In this document: positions 17,130 to 24,770 of the stretch, piece after piece
Numbering within the stretch: position 1 is the first letter of the stretch
How the letters are laid out: every line of letters starts with the position of its first letter
IMG/VR virus record: IMGVR_UViG_3300017756_000040
Span: 1 to 37,887 of that record
Source of the DNA: a virus
Lineage: Duplodnaviria; Caudoviricetes
Strand: one strand, 5' to 3'
Length of the DNA stretch: 37,887 nucleotides
The notes under the pieces: model-generated
The model's database searches: none
Seen by the model: the letters and a program-made list of their open reading frames with translations, nothing else
What the model was told of the DNA's origin: nothing
Program-made: the position numbers and the translations under genes

Positions 17130-17488
17130 TACTCGTCCCAATCCACAGGTGCCCAAACAGTATCGGTATGATAGTCTTCACCTTTATAAAACATTGTAGG
17201 TTTATCGTTATCGAATACTGGTCGAGCATAAATCGTGCCACTTTCGTAACCGAGTAATATATCATCTTCAGTCCATATATCTGCACCATAACAATTAACA
17301 TTTGCTCTAGTCTGGTTTTCTACGGGCGATTCCATAACTAATCGCCATAGCTCTACGTAATGTTCGATAATTTCTGCGGCTTGGTCTAGTGTTACAAACT
17401 TAGCCATTCGTTTAGTCTCACCGTCAGTACCGTTAGCTTCTTCGTTAAATCGTATATAAAGTACATACAAATCGTTTTTATCCTTCAT
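17129..17488 (-). CDS. hypothetical protein
   Basis: Likely start MKDKND at 17488 (GGGGG SD); the track extends it to 17533. Confidence 0.6.
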   Translation of the reverse strand: MKDKNDLYVLYIRFNEEANGTDGETKRMAKFVTLDQAAEIIEHYVELWRLVMESPVENQTRANVNCYGADIWTEDDILLGYESGTIYARPVFDNDKPTMFYKGEDYHTDTVWAPVDWDE

Positions 17489-17735
17489 ATATATCCCCCA
17501 TTGAAACTTGTTTCGGCTTACCGAGTGTATCATCTAAATTATGATATAAACCCTCAGAACCGAAGATTACTCTTTTGCCGACAACATTATGACCTGAGTC
17601 TGTAAGTTGCTCGACACACCTATCCATATCTTTATCTAGTAAAGTATCGCCTTCGACTGTTTTCTGCCAAACGATTTGTTTCCTACCGTTCGGGTGAGTT
17701 AGCCAAATGGCAAAGCTACTGTATTGTTTCGTCAT
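17478..17735 (-). CDS. hypothetical protein (85 aa)
   Basis: AAGGAG SD; first gene after a promoter. Confidence 0.65.
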   Translation of the reverse strand: MTKQYSSFAIWLTHPNGRKQIVWQKTVEGDTLLDKDMDRCVEQLTDSGHNVVGKRVIFGSEGLYHNLDDTLGKPKQVSMGDIYEG

Positions 17736-17770
17736 CTGATAATTCTCCTTTAATTAATAAATATAAAACC

Positions 17771-17802
17771 ATTTTACTTACGAAAATACACAAAGTAAAG
17801 CA
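17771..17802 (-). promoter_or_regulatory. early promoter
   Basis: TTTACT-N17-TAAAAT. Confidence 0.8.
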
Positions 17803-17825
17803 GTATAAAGAATAGTAGAACGCTT

Positions 17826-18089
17826 TCATACATTTTCTATTACTGCCGCTATCTCGTTTATCACTTTTTGGTAGCCGTCTCGTTCTCTTAAAATCGTTTC
17901 GCCCCAGTTCTCGCACTCTAGACCAAATCTATCGTAGAGTTCGTCTTCGAAATCACTACGTTGGTGATGACCTTTTTCTGACATAGCTTGGTCGTACCCT
18001 AATTCAGCCCATATATCTAAGATATATCCTGCTTTTAAGTCAGGGTGTTTAGGGGCTCGTTTAAACCAATCGTCATATTTATTAGTCAT
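17826..18089 (-). CDS. hypothetical protein (87 aa)
   Basis: AGGAG SD; ATGA overlap with the upstream ORF. Confidence 0.65.
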   Translation of the reverse strand: MTNKYDDWFKRAPKHPDLKAGYILDIWAELGYDQAMSEKGHHQRSDFEDELYDRFGLECENWGETILRERDGYQKVINEIAAVIENV

Positions 18090-18220
18090 AGACCCAATCT
18101 CCTACGTTTATGTTTATTCATCGTACTAGTCGCTAGGTTTCGTTTGCCTATCGAAGTTTTCTTACGAGTAGTTTGTCTTAACGCTCGTAACTCATTGAAT
18201 TGTTTAGACTTTCTTGCCAT
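18086..18220 (-). CDS. small basic protein (44 aa, below cut-off)
   Basis: AAGGAG SD; MARKSKQFNELRALRQTTRKKTSIGKRNLATSTMNKHKRRRLGL*. Confidence 0.6.
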   Translation of the reverse strand: MARKSKQFNELRALRQTTRKKTSIGKRNLATSTMNKHKRRRLGL

Positions 18221-18362
18221 CTTTAATCTCCTTAAAAATTTTGTTTATCGTTTTATCTGATAAGGCTAAGTGACTATGTTGAGTTAAAAATTTATCTCCT
18301 TGCTCATCATAAATCGCTATACCTATCTTGATACATTTTTTCTCTTTAGTCAGTTTGTGCAT
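18204..18362 (-). CDS. small hypothetical protein (52 aa, below cut-off)
   Basis: AAGGA SD; MHKLTKEKKCIKIGIAIYDEQGDKF...; overlaps the next ORF. Confidence 0.5.
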   Translation of the reverse strand: MHKLTKEKKCIKIGIAIYDEQGDKFLTQHSHLALSDKTINKIFKEIKDGKKV

Positions 18363-18499
18363 TTTGTTTCCTTTGTTGTTTTTTATATAAACTATCTAGT
18401 TCTGTTAATTTCCGAACTAATATTAATCGGAAATCTAACCCCTTTGCACGAGTCGCGGCACCTTTTAATGCCGCTCGTCGTTTAAAATATAACTTCTCG

Positions 18500-18916
18500 T
18501 TAATCTTCATAATCACGCTCCTCTAGAAGTTTATCTAAAGCCATGTTGAATTTAGTGGACTTATCTAATTTCTCACCAATATCTTTTTCCATTATATGAA
18601 TATCCCATAAAAGATTTCTTTGGGTACTTTCATCAAGTTTATTTAAAACTTCATGGTATTGCCTATTGTTTTCTTCAGCAACGGGTGTTGTTGGGTACAG
18701 CTCTTTAAGATGATAAGTTAATTTAACTAAGTCATAACCACTATCTATGAAACGATGTTTAATTAAATATTCTTCCAACTCTTTAAGAGCAGTGAACTCA
18801 GATTTCTCATGGTCAATCTCATCACTATTTCGCCAATAATAATTACACTCCTCACCTACTTTCGATAAAATGCCGTAAATAGCATTTATATCTGATAGAT
18901 TATCGAATATCAACAT
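18500..18916 (-). CDS. hypothetical protein (138 aa)
   Basis: Open frame tightly packed after 18918..19145. Confidence 0.6.
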   Translation of the reverse strand: MLIFDNLSDINAIYGILSKVGEECNYYWRNSDEIDHEKSEFTALKELEEYLIKHRFIDSGYDLVKLTYHLKELYPTTPVAEENNRQYHEVLNKLDESTQRNLLWDIHIMEKDIGEKLDKSTKFNMALDKLLEERDYED

Positions 18917-18917
18917 A

Positions 18918-19145
18918 TCAGCTCTCTTGAGGTTGTGCGAAGTAATCTTCGTTATCTTTAGATACGCTCTGATATTTATCAGGGTTACCCGTTATCGCAA
19001 ACTCGAGGTCTTTTATTCTGTCGTCTTGTAACTCCACTTGTTTATGTAGTTTAAAGATTACAGAATGTTGAGCTTCGATAGTATCTTTTAGTTTTTTACA
19101 AACTTCTAAAAGTTTTTCTATCATTTCTGTATTTTTATTTTCCAT
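18918..19145 (-). CDS. coiled-coil hypothetical protein (75 aa)
   Basis: AGAAAGGAGAAA SD. Confidence 0.65.
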   Translation of the reverse strand: MENKNTEMIEKLLEVCKKLKDTIEAQHSVIFKLHKQVELQDDRIKDLEFAITGNPDKYQSVSKDNEDYFAQPQES

Positions 19146-19274
19146 ACTTTCTCCTTTCTAGTATTGGTGAGGGAAGGTTGTTTAACCACCAACCTCCCCT
19201 CGTTGACAGGCACAAAACAAAAAACAAAAAGCCTGTCTGAAATAGTCGTGTTTTGTTTTTAAATACATATTTAT

Positions 19275-19306
19275 ATAATAGGTATGAATATTGGGAAAGT
19301 AAAGCA
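19275..19306 (-). promoter_or_regulatory. early promoter
   Basis: TTTACT-N17-TATTAT. Confidence 0.78.
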
Positions 19307-19495
19307 CTACCCGATACCGCCATTTTTATACATAGCTTTGGCTTTTTTATAGATAAATCTGCCGCAACCTTGTTTCAAATAAATCGTAGGCTGGAGCTCC
19401 TCACCTATTTTTCTCTGAACGTATTCACGTTGAGTAGGTTCTACCCCTCCAGCCCTTAAACTTTTTCTTAATACTTTCGCTTTTTTCGAATTCAT
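19307..19495 (-). CDS. small basic hypothetical protein (62 aa)
   Basis: MNSKKAKVLRK; TGATG coupling. Confidence 0.6.
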   Translation of the reverse strand: MNSKKAKVLRKSLRAGGVEPTQREYVQRKIGEELQPTIYLKQGCGRFIYKKAKAMYKNGGIG

Positions 19496-19863
19496 CAGGT
19501 ATGTTTTACCTCAGATATTTCATATTTTTTCGTATTAAGTTCTAGTACATTAAAGATATTATCTAAATACTGTCGTTTAGTTTTAGTTTGAGCGTTTGTA
19601 CATAATCCAATATGGTTATATACATCTTGTGCAGTTATGCCGTATAACTCGTTACCTCTAGCTCTCTGAGCATGGATAACTCGTACATAAAAATCTTTCC
19701 AATTACTTTCGGTAATTTTATTGATACCTACAGTCATCGTAAGCCATATTAGATTATTAGTTGTTGGGGATAACTGATAATTTTGTTCCCCCTCTTTACC
19801 TATCTTTAAGTAACAAGTTTCGTTACAATCTTTTACTTTATTTAAATCCCAATTTAGTGCCAT
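19495..19863 (-). CDS. conserved phage hypothetical protein (122 aa)
   Basis: GGAGG SD; MALNWD..LIWLTMTVGINKITE..HIGLCTN. Confidence 0.65.
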   Translation of the reverse strand: MALNWDLNKVKDCNETCYLKIGKEGEQNYQLSPTTNNLIWLTMTVGINKITESNWKDFYVRVIHAQRARGNELYGITAQDVYNHIGLCTNAQTKTKRQYLDNIFNVLELNTKKYEISEVKHT

Positions 19864-19871
19864 AGTACCTC

Positions 19872-20201
19872 CTATTTTCGACCTATGTCTTTAATCTCGG
19901 AACGTGGTATAACTTGGTATGCTCCTTTATTATAAGCAACACCAATCGAGTAATCTGAACTGATATCTCGTTTATACCTATCGTCTGCTTTTCTTGTAGT
20001 ATCGCCCACTGCGTTACGCATTCTATCGAAAAAGTCTTGTTTAGCTTTTTCCTGCTGCTCGTACTTTTTATATACTGACTGAACAGCTTGGGTAGTCGAA
20101 GCACTGGTCTTCGTCTTCCTAGCTTGTCTAAGACTTTTAGTTTTTCGTTTCTTCCCTTTAGTGTCATATCTCAATGAACCTACATAATTTAATATCGCCA
20201 T
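19872..20201 (-). CDS. conserved phage hypothetical protein (109 aa)
   Basis: AGAAAGGAG SD; C-terminal AYNKGAYQVI motif common in marine phages. Confidence 0.68.
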   Translation of the reverse strand: MAILNYVGSLRYDTKGKKRKTKSLRQARKTKTSASTTQAVQSVYKKYEQQEKAKQDFFDRMRNAVGDTTRKADDRYKRDISSDYSIGVAYNKGAYQVIPRSEIKDIGRK

Positions 20202-20277
20202 ATATATTCTCCTTTCTAGTGGCGGTGGCTAGTATCCCCGAATTAAATCTAGGTTTTATAACTAACCACACTAAACT

Positions 20278-20309
20278 AGTTTACCTACGAAAGTAAGCAA
20301 AGTAAAGCA
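20278..20309 (-). promoter_or_regulatory. early promoter
   Basis: TTTACT-N17-TAAACT. Confidence 0.78.
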
Positions 20310-20732
20310 CTACCACCATGACTCCATAACGCATTTATGTTCTGCAGCGACTCTAAACATAAGGGCTAAGTCTTTTATCTCCTTAACTCTATAGTCGTAG
20401 ATAGGTCCACCAGTTGAATATCCATTGTAGGTACTTTCCCATTCAAATCTTTCATCATCAGGAAGTTCTAATAGATTTTGTTCTATATATTCATCTAGAG
20501 CATTGGCATACCGTTCTAGTTCATCAGACGGTATAAAGTCATCTTCGTTAATGTGCCAGAAACCTTCTTGTTCTCCGACTAAAGAAGCTACAAATGATTC
20601 ATAACATTTACCTCTAAATGAGCCATTACCATGACCACTAGCCATACCACCTGTTAAAGTACAATTTTCGAGACGTTCGTCTTTAAATACTTCGTCACGA
20701 TTACCTTTTACTATATAACAATCTAAACCCAT
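20310..20732 (-). CDS. conserved phage hypothetical protein (MGLD-type, 140 aa)
   Basis: AGGAGG SD; MGLDCY..SFRGKCY..SWW. Confidence 0.68.
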   Translation of the reverse strand: MGLDCYIVKGNRDEVFKDERLENCTLTGGMASGHGNGSFRGKCYESFVASLVGEQEGFWHINEDDFIPSDELERYANALDEYIEQNLLELPDDERFEWESTYNGYSTGGPIYDYRVKEIKDLALMFRVAAEHKCVMESWW

Positions 20733-20734
20733 AA

Positions 20735-20884
20735 CTACCTCCTTTGTTTAGTCCAAGCTGTAAATACTTTTACGGCTTCTCGTTTTTCTAATTCAAATGC
20801 TTCTCTAAGCACTCTAGGAGCTTCGAATACATTCATCTCACCAGAATCTCGTAAGTCGTCTAAAAATTCAAAATACTCATCCAT
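20735..20884 (-). CDS. small conserved phage protein (49 aa, below cut-off)
   Basis: MDEYFEFLDDLRDSGEMNVFEAPRVLREAF...; TAATG coupling. Confidence 0.65.
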   Translation of the reverse strand: MDEYFEFLDDLRDSGEMNVFEAPRVLREAFELEKREAVKVFTAWTKQRR

Positions 20885-21351
20885 TATAAATACCCCGCTA
20901 TTCCTACTCCTGGTTCATCGTAAAACGCAGTTATCGAAGCATCAGGGTAGAGTTCTCTTAATTTAAGTATTACTTTTTCAGGTGGACTCCAAGCTGTAGC
21001 GAAGTAATATATAACATCAGTATCACCTACTTCAGTAATTTCTACGTCGTAAGAATTCCATTTAGTGTCCCAATTAGATATATTCCAATCGTACCACCTT
21101 TGGTCATGTTTTCCTGTGCTTTCGAAAATACCTTCTTCATTAGGAAGTTCTCCTACCTCTCCAAGTATTTCTTCGCTACCTAACCAAGATGTTTCCTTTC
21201 CAGTTAGTGGAGTTTTCTTCCAGTCGGGCTGTGGAAGTATTTTGTTAAAATCGAACTCAGTGTCTTCGCCCTTCAAGTTCTTTCTTATTTGGTCGAGTAA
21301 AAATGTATTATCTACACTTATTTCAACTCTATTACTACAGTGATTTGGCAT
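20884..21351 (-). CDS. DUF1281/YubB ferredoxin-like fold protein
   Basis: MPNHCSN..FDFNKILP..WYDWNISNWDTKWN..FATAWSPP..YDEPG signature. Confidence 0.75.
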   Translation of the reverse strand: MPNHCSNRVEISVDNTFLLDQIRKNLKGEDTEFDFNKILPQPDWKKTPLTGKETSWLGSEEILGEVGELPNEEGIFESTGKHDQRWYDWNISNWDTKWNSYDVEITEVGDTDVIYYFATAWSPPEKVILKLRELYPDASITAFYDEPGVGIAGYL

Positions 21352-21360
21352 ATCTTTCTC

Positions 21361-21603
21361 CTACCATTGTTCACGGACAATAATAGATTGCTCTTTATTG
21401 TCAATTATTTTATATGCGAAAATATCAGTTCGTTTTTTATCATTACGAACATGAATCTTCGCCCCTTCATTAGTTGAGCAAGACATCCATAAACCCCAAG
21501 GCTCGTCATCTCTTGCGTCAGCACCTACATATTGTCTGTACACCTTAAACCTTAATACTGTTTCCAGATATTCAGTTTCAGGGTTATATGCTGGTTGTTC
21601 CAT
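21361..21603 (-). CDS. hypothetical protein (80 aa)
   Basis: AGAAAGGAGAAA SD preceded by a pseudoknot. Confidence 0.65.
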   Translation of the reverse strand: MEQPAYNPETEYLETVLRFKVYRQYVGADARDDEPWGLWMSCSTNEGAKIHVRNDKKRTDIFAYKIIDNKEQSIIVREQW

Positions 21604-21617
21604 ACTTTCTCCTTTCT

Positions 21618-21671
21618 AAGTCCCAAGTTAATAAGAGGGTGGTATAGGGGACTTGCTGGTCTATACCACCC
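21618..21671 (-). promoter_or_regulatory. predicted H-type RNA pseudoknot abutting the SD
   Basis: Stem 1 is 11 bp (21671-21661 with 21647-21637); stem 2 is 7 bp (21654-21648 with 21624-21618). Confidence 0.65.
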
Positions 21672-21679
21672 AATGTTCA

Positions 21680-22024
21680 TTACACCTTAATGAAGTAGCC
21701 CTCATCAGTAAGTCGTTTAGCATAAAACCTGAAGATTCTCAAAGGGTCTTGTCTAGTAGACAATTCTTTGTTCTTCACTGCTAGTGACACTAAGTCTTGT
21801 GCTGTAAAGCTAGATGAATCAAGTTCATCTTTTTTAGCTTCTTTCACAGTTTTAACTAACGCTTTCATCTGAGGAGTTTTAATATCCTTAAAACCTAAGT
21901 CTGAGACCTTATATAAAGTCCTAGAAGCCCCTTTCGAAGCTACTGTAGGTTTAGGAATACTAACTGCTGCCTTCTTCTTAGGGGCTCTTTTTACAGAGCT
22001 TGATACTGAAGTAGAGGTTTGCAT
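21680..22024 (-). CDS. putative winged-helix DNA-binding protein, paralog 3
   Basis: Basic S/K-rich N-tail; TPQMKALV..SFTAQDLV..LSTRQDPLRIFRFYAKRLTDEGY. Confidence 0.68.
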   Translation of the reverse strand: MQTSTSVSSSVKRAPKKKAAVSIPKPTVASKGASRTLYKVSDLGFKDIKTPQMKALVKTVKEAKKDELDSSSFTAQDLVSLAVKNKELSTRQDPLRIFRFYAKRLTDEGYFIKV

Positions 22025-22098
22025 AACTTTCTCCTTTCTAAATTAATCACCGCCCTTTCGGACACCTTCGGCTTTATAATGTGCCGCAACATAACTAA

Positions 22099-22130
22099 AC
22101 TATACTTACGAGTTAATAGAAAGTAAAGCA
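22099..22130 (-). promoter_or_regulatory. early promoter
   Basis: TTTACT-N17-TATAGT. Confidence 0.82.
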
Positions 22131-22147
22131 GTATACGAGAGCGAGAT

Positions 22148-22393
22148 TTAGTCTTGATTGACATAATCTCCTGTTGCTCCCGCTAATATATCGTTAGCTT
22201 CATCTACAGTTTCCCATAAATGTTTACTACCTTCCGTTCTACTAACATCTTGTTCTACATGAGTCACAAGTTCCTCTAATAGAGTATGTAAGTGCCAGTT
22301 TTTCTTTTTCCAAGATTTAGTTTCTTGAGCAAGGTCAGTCACTCTAGTTTCTAAATCTTTTATATAGAGTTCAGGATTCAACTTTTTCTCCAT
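22148..22393 (-). CDS. hypothetical protein (81 aa)
   Basis: AGGAG SD; overlapping gene chain. Confidence 0.6.
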   Translation of the reverse strand: MEKKLNPELYIKDLETRVTDLAQETKSWKKKNWHLHTLLEELVTHVEQDVSRTEGSKHLWETVDEANDILAGATGDYVNQD

Positions 22394-22656
22394 ATACGTA
22401 CTCCTGATACTTCAGAACCTTTTATTTGTTCTAAACGTTGTCTAATAATAAATTTCCACTCTGGGTCATATTTTTGACCAAAAGTTCTACACGCTTGAGA
22501 TAATCTGTTTTTCATACGAGTAACATTATCTTCAGGCTCCATAGCTATAAATATAGAGTCACCTACATTCATTTTACCAAAAGGATATCTATTTCTAGAC
22601 CTTGTATCATCAGGTATAGGTACATCAGAATCTATTTGAATATCTAGTTCTTCCAT
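22378..22656 (-). CDS. small putative DNA-binding phage protein (92 aa)
   Basis: VPIP..RYPFGKMNVGDSIFI..GVRIWR motif, widespread in phages. Confidence 0.65.
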   Translation of the reverse strand: MEELDIQIDSDVPIPDDTRSRNRYPFGKMNVGDSIFIAMEPEDNVTRMKNRLSQACRTFGQKYDPEWKFIIRQRLEQIKGSEVSGVRIWRKS

Positions 22657-22919
22657 TAATTCACCTTATTTTTATCTGGAGTAAAATGCACTAAGTCTTT
22701 TTCCTCCAGAAAGTTTTTCCAAAACATCAATATTAGTAGAGGGTCTTGTACTGGTTCCCCAGAAGCGTCTACTAATTCTTGACACCCTTGATTTATCATA
22801 GTTTCAGATAGGGCTTCAGCGAGTTCGGTACACTCGGATTCCTGTAACGCTATCCAAATAGCCCCCGCCACTTCAGGACTAAGCTGAAAGTGGCTAGGGT
22901 TATCGTATTTATCGCCCAA
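22656..22919 (-). CDS. hypothetical acidic protein (87 aa)
   Basis: TTG start adjacent to the upstream stop, GAGG SD. Confidence 0.55.
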   Translation of the reverse strand: MGDKYDNPSHFQLSPEVAGAIWIALQESECTELAEALSETMINQGCQELVDASGEPVQDPLLILMFWKNFLEEKDLVHFTPDKNKVN

Positions 22920-23954
22920 TTAGGCAACCTCTGCATATTTAACAGCAAGGTCTAAGGCACGTGCTTTTCTATTAGCACCTGCACCGAACCACGCACTATG
23001 TAGATTGTTACCTTCGTCGTTAGACTCACGTAAGTGGTCTTCTACATAGGTGACAGCATTTAATGCTCCCCACCATGTACCTTTAGACGATTTAAGGTCA
23101 GCTCCTGGTTGACGCTCTAGAGCTTCAACAACTAAAGCAGGATATTTGTTAAACCTATCTTTAATAGGAACAATATCTCCAACTAGTTTGCCTTCCTCTT
23201 TTAGTTTCATCTCTTGACGAAACTCATTAAGTAAGCTAGGTTGATAAACCTCACTAATAAACTCTAATACATTAGAGTGTTTAGCTTTCTTCTGAGTAAG
23301 GAACTGAGCCCTTTCTTTAAAGTTAGCCATAGTTTGAGCAGACAAACCTAGTGCTTCTTGTGCCGCTTCCATAACGTCTTCGTTAAACGCTCTGACGTGT
23401 GGCATACGGAATGAAGCTGTACCGCCCTGACTTAAAGCAAACGTTAGAGTGTTATTACAAACAACTCTAATAGGTGTCAACTTTATAGTCATCGACTTAC
23501 CAACCACATGCGGTTGATTAATTAAAAGGTAACCCTTAATTTCATCATTTCCCGCTAGTTCAAAGTCTTCAGAAATTTTGGCTAAACCCCAAATTTCCTT
23601 ACCGCCTTTTAAACTACCCGCAGTTTCCATAGTCATCGCACCCGCTTCTGTAAAGCGTTTAAAAAACTCAAAAACCTGTTCGTTTTGAATAGGCATATAG
23701 TCTCTACCGCAATGGCTTAGAACTTGGTTATCAGAATCACGAACGATGTGGAAGGTATTCTCCGCTTGGATAAGACCTACATCTTCGCCCCACTCAGGTG
23801 CGTCAAGCGTATAACTTGGACGTTTACTAACAGTCCAGTCTAGCTTTGCCGCTTCCTGCATTTGCCATGGAGTGAGGTTAGAGTCTACCTCTACACCTAA
23901 TCGGTGCCAAGGTTTTTCACCCGCCCACGCCATAGTTTCTATTTCATGTGCCAT
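22920..23954 (-). CDS. DUF932-family phage/plasmid protein
   Basis: MAHEIETMAW..PWHRLG..LDWTV..ETAGSL..TPIRVVCNNTL..GTWWGALNAVT..WFG. Confidence 0.85.
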   Translation of the reverse strand: MAHEIETMAWAGEKPWHRLGVEVDSNLTPWQMQEAAKLDWTVSKRPSYTLDAPEWGEDVGLIQAENTFHIVRDSDNQVLSHCGRDYMPIQNEQVFEFFKRFTEAGAMTMETAGSLKGGKEIWGLAKISEDFELAGNDEIKGYLLINQPHVVGKSMTIKLTPIRVVCNNTLTFALSQGGTASFRMPHVRAFNEDVMEAAQEALGLSAQTMANFKERAQFLTQKKAKHSNVLEFISEVYQPSLLNEFRQEMKLKEEGKLVGDIVPIKDRFNKYPALVVEALERQPGADLKSSKGTWWGALNAVTYVEDHLRESNDEGNNLHSAWFGAGANRKARALDLAVKYAEVA

Positions 23955-24020
23955 ATATTTCTCCTTTCTATAAATGTCACGTTAATTAACCTTTTAATAA
24001 TATAAAAGGACATAAGCGGT

Positions 24021-24052
24021 ACTTTACGTGTCAAAGCTACGAAAGTAAAGCA
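24021..24052 (-). promoter_or_regulatory. early promoter (overlaps the 3' end of the nuclease gene)
   Basis: TTTACT-N17-TAAAGT. Confidence 0.75.
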
Positions 24053-24432
24053 CTATACAGATTACTCCATTCGTATGGTTTTATAAGAGTTACTAAAGAC
24101 TTTTGATAAAAACCTTTAGGATTTTCTTGTAATTCTTTTGCACCACTTAAGCCATCAACATGGTAGAGTTTAATTACATTTTGTTTTCTAGCTAATACAA
24201 ACACTTGACCACCTACCGCTGACCTCTTAGCCATCCATGCAACTTGCATAGGACGTAGAGTAAGCGACTTACCTCTATGTATTTCTTTTAGTTCTATCCA
24301 AAACTCTTTGCCTTTAGCACAACCGTTTACATCAGGTACACCAGAACCTGTCAAACCAGTTTCTATTCTTTGAAAATGTATATCCGTTAAATTATTTTTT
24401 AACAGAAGCCATAGGTCTCTTTCTCTAGCCAT
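24037..24432 (-). CDS. PD-(D/E)XK nuclease (VRR-NUC / Holliday junction resolvase-like)
   Basis: RIE..GVPDV..FWIELK..LRPMQVAW. Confidence 0.8.
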   Translation of the reverse strand: MARERDLWLLLKNNLTDIHFQRIETGLTGSGVPDVNGCAKGKEFWIELKEIHRGKSLTLRPMQVAWMAKRSAVGGQVFVLARKQNVIKLYHVDGLSGAKELQENPKGFYQKSLVTLIKPYEWSNLYSALLS

Positions 24433-24770
24433 TAGACCTCTATACCCGTGTGTGGGGCTAGTTTTTTATTATCTGCGGCTAATTTTACGTCTTTATCAGC
24501 TAACCACATATTAAAAAGTTCTCTAGCTTTTTCTTTATCGTCACAAACTTTTACAAACTCAAGCCATTTCTCTTTTGCTATTCTATTACCGTTGTAGTAA
24601 TCTCCGTCTCCGAGTTTACATCGAGTAATTATCTGATGAACTCTTTGTTTAGTTATATTATGTCGTAGACCTATCTCCTGTAGAGTAGACTTATTTTGTT
24701 TCCACTCTTGATAAATATTTTTATAACGTACATCATTTTCTTTAGCTTTCTGGTGGTTTATTCCTTGCAT
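24432..24770 (-). CDS. HTH protein (sigma70 region 4-like), possible transcription regulator
   Basis: TLQEIGLRHNITKQRVHQII; likely start MQGIN at 24770, coupled to the PolA stop (GAGGAG SD). Confidence 0.65.
   Translation of the reverse strand: MQGINHQKAKENDVRYKNIYQEWKQNKSTLQEIGLRHNITKQRVHQIITRCKLGDGDYYNGNRIAKEKWLEFVKVCDDKEKARELFNMWLADKDVKLAADNKKLAPHTGIEV

Noticed and set aside
3316-20167. Alternative-frame - strand ORFs (3316..3609, 17089..17301, 17716..17916, 19135..19323, 19883..20167)
   Set aside because: Nested in better-supported genes or spanning promoters and structured leaders; no SD.
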